DNA of 64,000 nucleotides from Promethearchaeota archaeon (GTDB lineage Archaea; Asgardarchaeota; Lokiarchaeia; Sigyniarchaeales; SOKP01): NCBI GenBank assembly GCA_030599585.1, contig JAUVNS010000011.1, positions 137,061 to 201,060 of the forward strand, read 5' to 3'. Shown piece by piece: positions 60,170 to 64,000 of this stretch (position 1 is its first letter; each line of letters starts with the position of its first letter). The notes under the pieces were generated by a model. It saw only the letters and a program-made list of their open reading frames with translations, ran no database searches and was not told where the DNA came from. The position numbers and the translations under genes were made by a program.

Positions 60170-60418
60170 ATCGATAGCGATATCTTGCGCAGAATAATTT
60201 GGGTGGAGTTTAATCATAGCTTTTTTTTCTCCCTTTGGTGTTATGATTGTATTCACCTTGATCACTTTTACATTATGTATTTTCTCTATTGCTTGCTTTA
60301 TCTGACTTTTATTAGCTTTTCTATTAACAATAAAAACTAACTTATTTTCCCTCTCAATAATATCGAAGGTTTTTTCAGTTATCAAGGGCCTTTGAATAAT
60401 CTTATAATAACTTTCCAA
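60155..60418 (-). CDS. rpl23: 50S ribosomal protein L23
   Basis: PLITEK, NKLVFIV, KVNT and KKA motifs. Confidence 0.96.
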
Positions 60419-60419
60419 G

Positions 60420-61208
60420 CTAAACTAACACCTCATATCTTTCTAATTCACTAAAAGCGGATTGGGTCCATAGAATTAATCGCCCTGGCAACCCTCCAGG
60501 TGCTAAATTTGCGATTGACAAGTTTTCTATTTTTCTAACATCTATACCCTGAATATTTCTTGATGCCTTAATTACTCCGAAATCTTCCTTAATTACGATT
60601 AGAACGCTCTTCTTGTTTTTATATTTTCGCCCCCTTCTCTTCCCTTTTCCAGCTCTAATTTTTTTTCCTTGTTTTGCTCGAAACAAATCTTCTCCTAATC
60701 CTAGTTCTGTGAGAATTGAATGCAGAAATTTAGTTTTTTTAACTGTTTGTATTTTATCATCGATGACTAAAGGAACTTCAGGGATATTTTTAATTATGTG
60801 GCCTCGCTTTTTTATCCAATCTAGATCACCAGAAGCTGATATCGCAGAAATTATAGATAATGTGTTAATTTTTTTATTTAATTTTTTTTCAATAATCTTA
60901 GCTGCTTTTATTGGATGAGCTCTTCTTCCTCCTTTTGCAAACGGGACTCTTCCTACATTTCGAGATGTAGGGAACCCCGAGCCTTTAATACGCGGGGCTC
61001 TTGACATTCCATGTCCTGTTCCCCAACCTTCAGCGGTATTTCTTAAACCTGCCCTCTTATTTCTTCCTTGAATTTGTTTATTCTTACTGGAAGAAACTTC
61101 ACTTGCTAGTTGAATAAGATCTTTTCGAGGCTTTACCTTGAATAATAGCGGTATATTAACTATTTGTTTCTTGTTACCATCTAGATCATAAACATTAACT
61201 TTTTCCAT
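60420..61208 (-). CDS. rpl4: 50S ribosomal protein L4
   Basis: [16 protein letters not shown] and [10 protein letters not shown] motifs. Confidence 0.96.
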   Translation of the reverse strand: MEKVNVYDLDGNKKQIVNIPLLFKVKPRKDLIQLASEVSSSKNKQIQGRNKRAGLRNTAEGWGTGHGMSRAPRIKGSGFPTSRNVGRVPFAKGGRRAHPIKAAKIIEKKLNKKINTLSIISAISASGDLDWIKKRGHIIKNIPEVPLVIDDKIQTVKKTKFLHSILTELGLGEDLFRAKQGKKIRAGKGKRRGRKYKNKKSVLIVIKEDFGVIKASRNIQGIDVRKIENLSIANLAPGGLPGRLILWTQSAFSELERYEVLV

Positions 61209-61225
61209 AGAATCACAATCTTTAA

Positions 61226-62245
61226 TTATTTTCTTTGTTGACTTTCTCTACTAATAAATGTTATCTCAGGCGATTTAACCGTAAAGGATTTTATCGGTCT
61301 TATTGTTTTTCTTATCCGTATTAATCGATTTTTTGGTCCAGGTATAGAGCCTAATATAAGAAGATAATCACCATTTATATTTCCATATTTAACAAACCCT
61401 CCCTTCGGGTTAATTTCTTCTTCATTTTCTCCGATTACCATAATTCTCTTATGATATTCCGTCCTCTGATGAAATCCTAATTGTCCCGGGCGGGGAACGG
61501 TATACAACACTCTAGCAGGATGCCAGGGGCCAATACATGCAACAGCTCTCCTTATTTTACTGTTCTTCCTTGTTAGTATCTTAACGCCATATCTTTTCAC
61601 AGGACCTTGGAATCCCTTTCCTTTAGTGACTGATAATATATCGACTAGCTCTCCTTCGGTTAATATATCTCTAGCTTTAATTTCTTTTCCTAGTAAATTT
61701 AGAGCATAAGTAAATTCTTCTTTTGGACTTCCAATGGAATTTAATTTCATTTCAATAAGATCTGGCTTTTTTCTTGGAATGGACGTAAGATGGGGTTGAG
61801 TTTGAAAAATCCCTCTAATTTGGCAATTGTAATTAAGGCTGTTCAATAATTTTTCTTTATGCCCTTCAAAATCATACTGTTCTTTAATTGGGACGGTAAT
61901 TTTTCGACCAAGATAATCATTCAATTCGGGTGAAAAAATATCTCCTACAGTATATTTACCATAATCGTCTTCATTATACACCCTTATGCCAATCAAAATC
62001 AGTGGTGGTACTTCAACAACCGTAACAGGTTTCATTAGTTCTTTTCCAAAATAGGGGCTATTTTTCTGATCTTCTATATATGTAATATGTGTCATACCTG
62101 CCTTGAAACCAGCATATCCTAAAAACATAACATCATCAGATGTATCTAACCAGTTTCTTACCCGACCTTTATTTTGGGCAGCTCTTTTTCTTGGAAGAAA
62201 CGCTAAAGAGCCGTGCCTTGGTGCGTGTTTTTTACGGTGTCCCAT
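61226..62245 (-). CDS. rpl3: 50S ribosomal protein L3
   Basis: PRHGSLAFLPRKRA, KAGMTH, TKGKGFQG and GPWHP motifs. Confidence 0.97.
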   Translation of the reverse strand: MGHRKKHAPRHGSLAFLPRKRAAQNKGRVRNWLDTSDDVMFLGYAGFKAGMTHITYIEDQKNSPYFGKELMKPVTVVEVPPLILIGIRVYNEDDYGKYTVGDIFSPELNDYLGRKITVPIKEQYDFEGHKEKLLNSLNYNCQIRGIFQTQPHLTSIPRKKPDLIEMKLNSIGSPKEEFTYALNLLGKEIKARDILTEGELVDILSVTKGKGFQGPVKRYGVKILTRKNSKIRRAVACIGPWHPARVLYTVPRPGQLGFHQRTEYHKRIMVIGENEEEINPKGGFVKYGNINGDYLLILGSIPGPKNRLIRIRKTIRPIKSFTVKSPEITFISRESQQRK

Positions 62246-62376
62246 GAATAATCACTTTAAAGATAAATTGTTAAATTGTTCACAATAAAAAAAGTTTTTC
62301 ATTCAGAAATAACATTTAATTCCCTTAAATTAATAAAAATGGACTTTTTAAATTTAAATTAAAAAAATAATAATAG

Positions 62377-64000
62377 ATGACATCGAAAATAGATAAATTA
62401 AGCCATTTCCAAATAAAAGATGCTTTAAATGATAAAGAAGAGAAGAGATTTATAATAAATTGTTTAAATTGTTCAAATTTAGAAGGAGGTAGAAATTTCA
62501 CAAGTGAATGTATTTACTGCGTACTCAAAATTCTCTATTTAAACAAAAATAGCATAGATAAAACCACTACGTTAAAAAGACGCGAAAATTTAATTGAATA
62601 TAACCAACTTTCATCCATTTTAAGCTTTTTTAATAAAATTAGTTCTATTAAAAAGATCTGGAAGAAAATTGATAATATTGGGAAATTAAAATGTAAATAT
62701 CAAGAATTTAATTGTAAGATAGGAACTTTATACAATTTTCCTTTTTCTACTGACAATCGTCCTATTTATGAACCAATTTCGGTTTTAAGATATTTTCTTG
62801 ATATAATAAAAGAACTAAAAGGAACAGAAATCATCAATTTTGATTGTCAAAAATGTACCAGAAAAGTTTTAACCCTTATAGAAAACATATTAAATGTATT
62901 TAACAAATTAGATATCATTCAAAAATTCAATAAATTTTCAATAAAAGACAATAGTGGTGATTGTATTACAAATTTTTACAATCAGATCGTATTTGAGACA
63001 CCCCTCACTTCAGTAACCAATGAATTCACCAAAAATTCTATTATTACATCAGGAAGCGATTTGATTGAAACTTATGAGATCGGAAAGAATAATATTTTTC
63101 AAATACTAATTTTTGATGTAATTAATGAATACGAGAAACATTATGTTGTTAAATTTTCATTACAATCTTCTGGAGAAGAAAATTTCTTTAAAAACATTGT
63201 AAAAGACACGAAAAACAACTTAAAGCTTCTTGAATCTGATAAGATTATTCCTCTAGAGGAAATAATAAGCTTGTATCAAATGAATGCTAAACGCTATTTA
63301 GATTCTAAATACAAACTTTCTGAAAACGAAATAGAAAGCATATCTTTTGTTTCTGCGTTGCATAAATTAAAAATAGAAAAGATTTTTCCTTTATTGGTAG
63401 ATGATCATATTGAAGAAATATTTTTAGATTCTCCAAAAGAAAAGGTTTATATTAACCACCAGAAATTTAGGCGCTGTAGAACCGATATAAAATTAGATTT
63501 AGATGATATTGAAAGATTAAAAACATTTCTAAGGTTATACAGTGGAAGAAGGCTTGATTTTTCAAACCCAAGCATTAAAATAGTTATTAAAAACAAATAT
63601 TTCTACTGTAGATTCGCTATCGATGTAGGGCCAGTTCAAGTATACAATTTCGCATTAGACATAAGAAAATTAAATAAAAATATATACACAATTCAAGATT
63701 TACTGAAAAATGGCACTCTTAATCCCACGATTTCTGCTTTTTTATATTTTCTGATTTTGAGAAGAGTCAATATAACGGTTACTGGCGAAACAGATACCGG
63801 AAAAACAACTTTAATTAATACATTAGATCTATTAACACCTAAGGAATTTCGAAAAATATATGTAGAAAATATAATTGAATCATTAAATCAATCACAGTTT
63901 CAAAGACATCAATTAAAATACCAAGTGGATTCTCTTGAAGAACAATCAACACGTCAAACATCTAAGCAAAATCAAATTAAAAATTTACTCCATCGTACTC
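62377..64000 (+). CDS. Type II/IV secretion (CpaF/TadA/VirB11-like) ATPase, partial (absent from ORF track)
   Basis: Open frame from ATG 62377 (MTSKIDKLS...); DDHIEEIFLD, LDIRK and Walker A TGETDTGKTT at ~63781. Confidence 0.85.
   Translation, partial: MTSKIDKLSHFQIKDALNDKEEKRFIINCLNCSNLEGGRNFTSECIYCVLKILYLNKNSIDKTTTLKRRENLIEYNQLSSILSFFNKISSIKKIWKKIDNIGKLKCKYQEFNCKIGTLYNFPFSTDNRPIYEPISVLRYFLDIIKELKGTEIINFDCQKCTRKVLTLIENILNVFNKLDIIQKFNKFSIKDNSGDCITNFYNQIVFETPLTSVTNEFTKNSIITSGSDLIETYEIGKNNIFQILIFDVINEYEKHYVVKFSLQSSGEENFFKNIVKDTKNNLKLLESDKIIPLEEIISLYQMNAKRYLDSKYKLSENEIESISFVSALHKLKIEKIFPLLVDDHIEEIFLDSPKEKVYINHQKFRRCRTDIKLDLDDIERLKTFLRLYSGRRLDFSNPSIKIVIKNKYFYCRFAIDVGPVQVYNFALDIRKLNKNIYTIQDLLKNGTLNPTISAFLYFLILRRVNITVTGETDTGKTTLINTLDLLTPKEFRKIYVENIIESLNQSQFQRHQLKYQVDSLEEQSTRQTSKQNQIKNLLHRT

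Overview
AT-rich archaeal chromosomal window, most consistent with an Asgard archaeon of the Lokiarchaeia type. The archaeal evidence is TFB, L15e/L3/L4/L23, class I LysRS, Rpp30/Pop5, ArcTGT, Trm5, ABCE1 and RqcH; the Asgard pointers are roadblock, longin-like and EMC6-like proteins. It is mostly housekeeping, with three tRNAs and no recognisable mobile element or CRISPR array. Main observations not shown by the ORF track: (1) two tandem ~292-bp units, each with a Shine-Dalgarno, a 9-codon ORF (MPGEGTINP / MPGEGYINP) and a hairpin plus U-tract, directly downstream of a DUF885-like metallopeptidase; (2) a 23-codon leader ORF with three Trp codons upstream of trpB2, suggesting Trp-sensing attenuation; (3) a remodelled smc-scpA-scpB operon, in which SMC lacks a canonical hinge and has 90-aa periodic arms, ScpA has an N-terminal HeH/SAP-like domain, and ScpB has an acidic tail and CTG start; (4) a box C/D sRNA whose D guide fits the 23S P-loop Gm2251 site; (5) a tRNA-Arg with two non-canonical introns. 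All family assignments come from motif recognition by eye; no searches were run.
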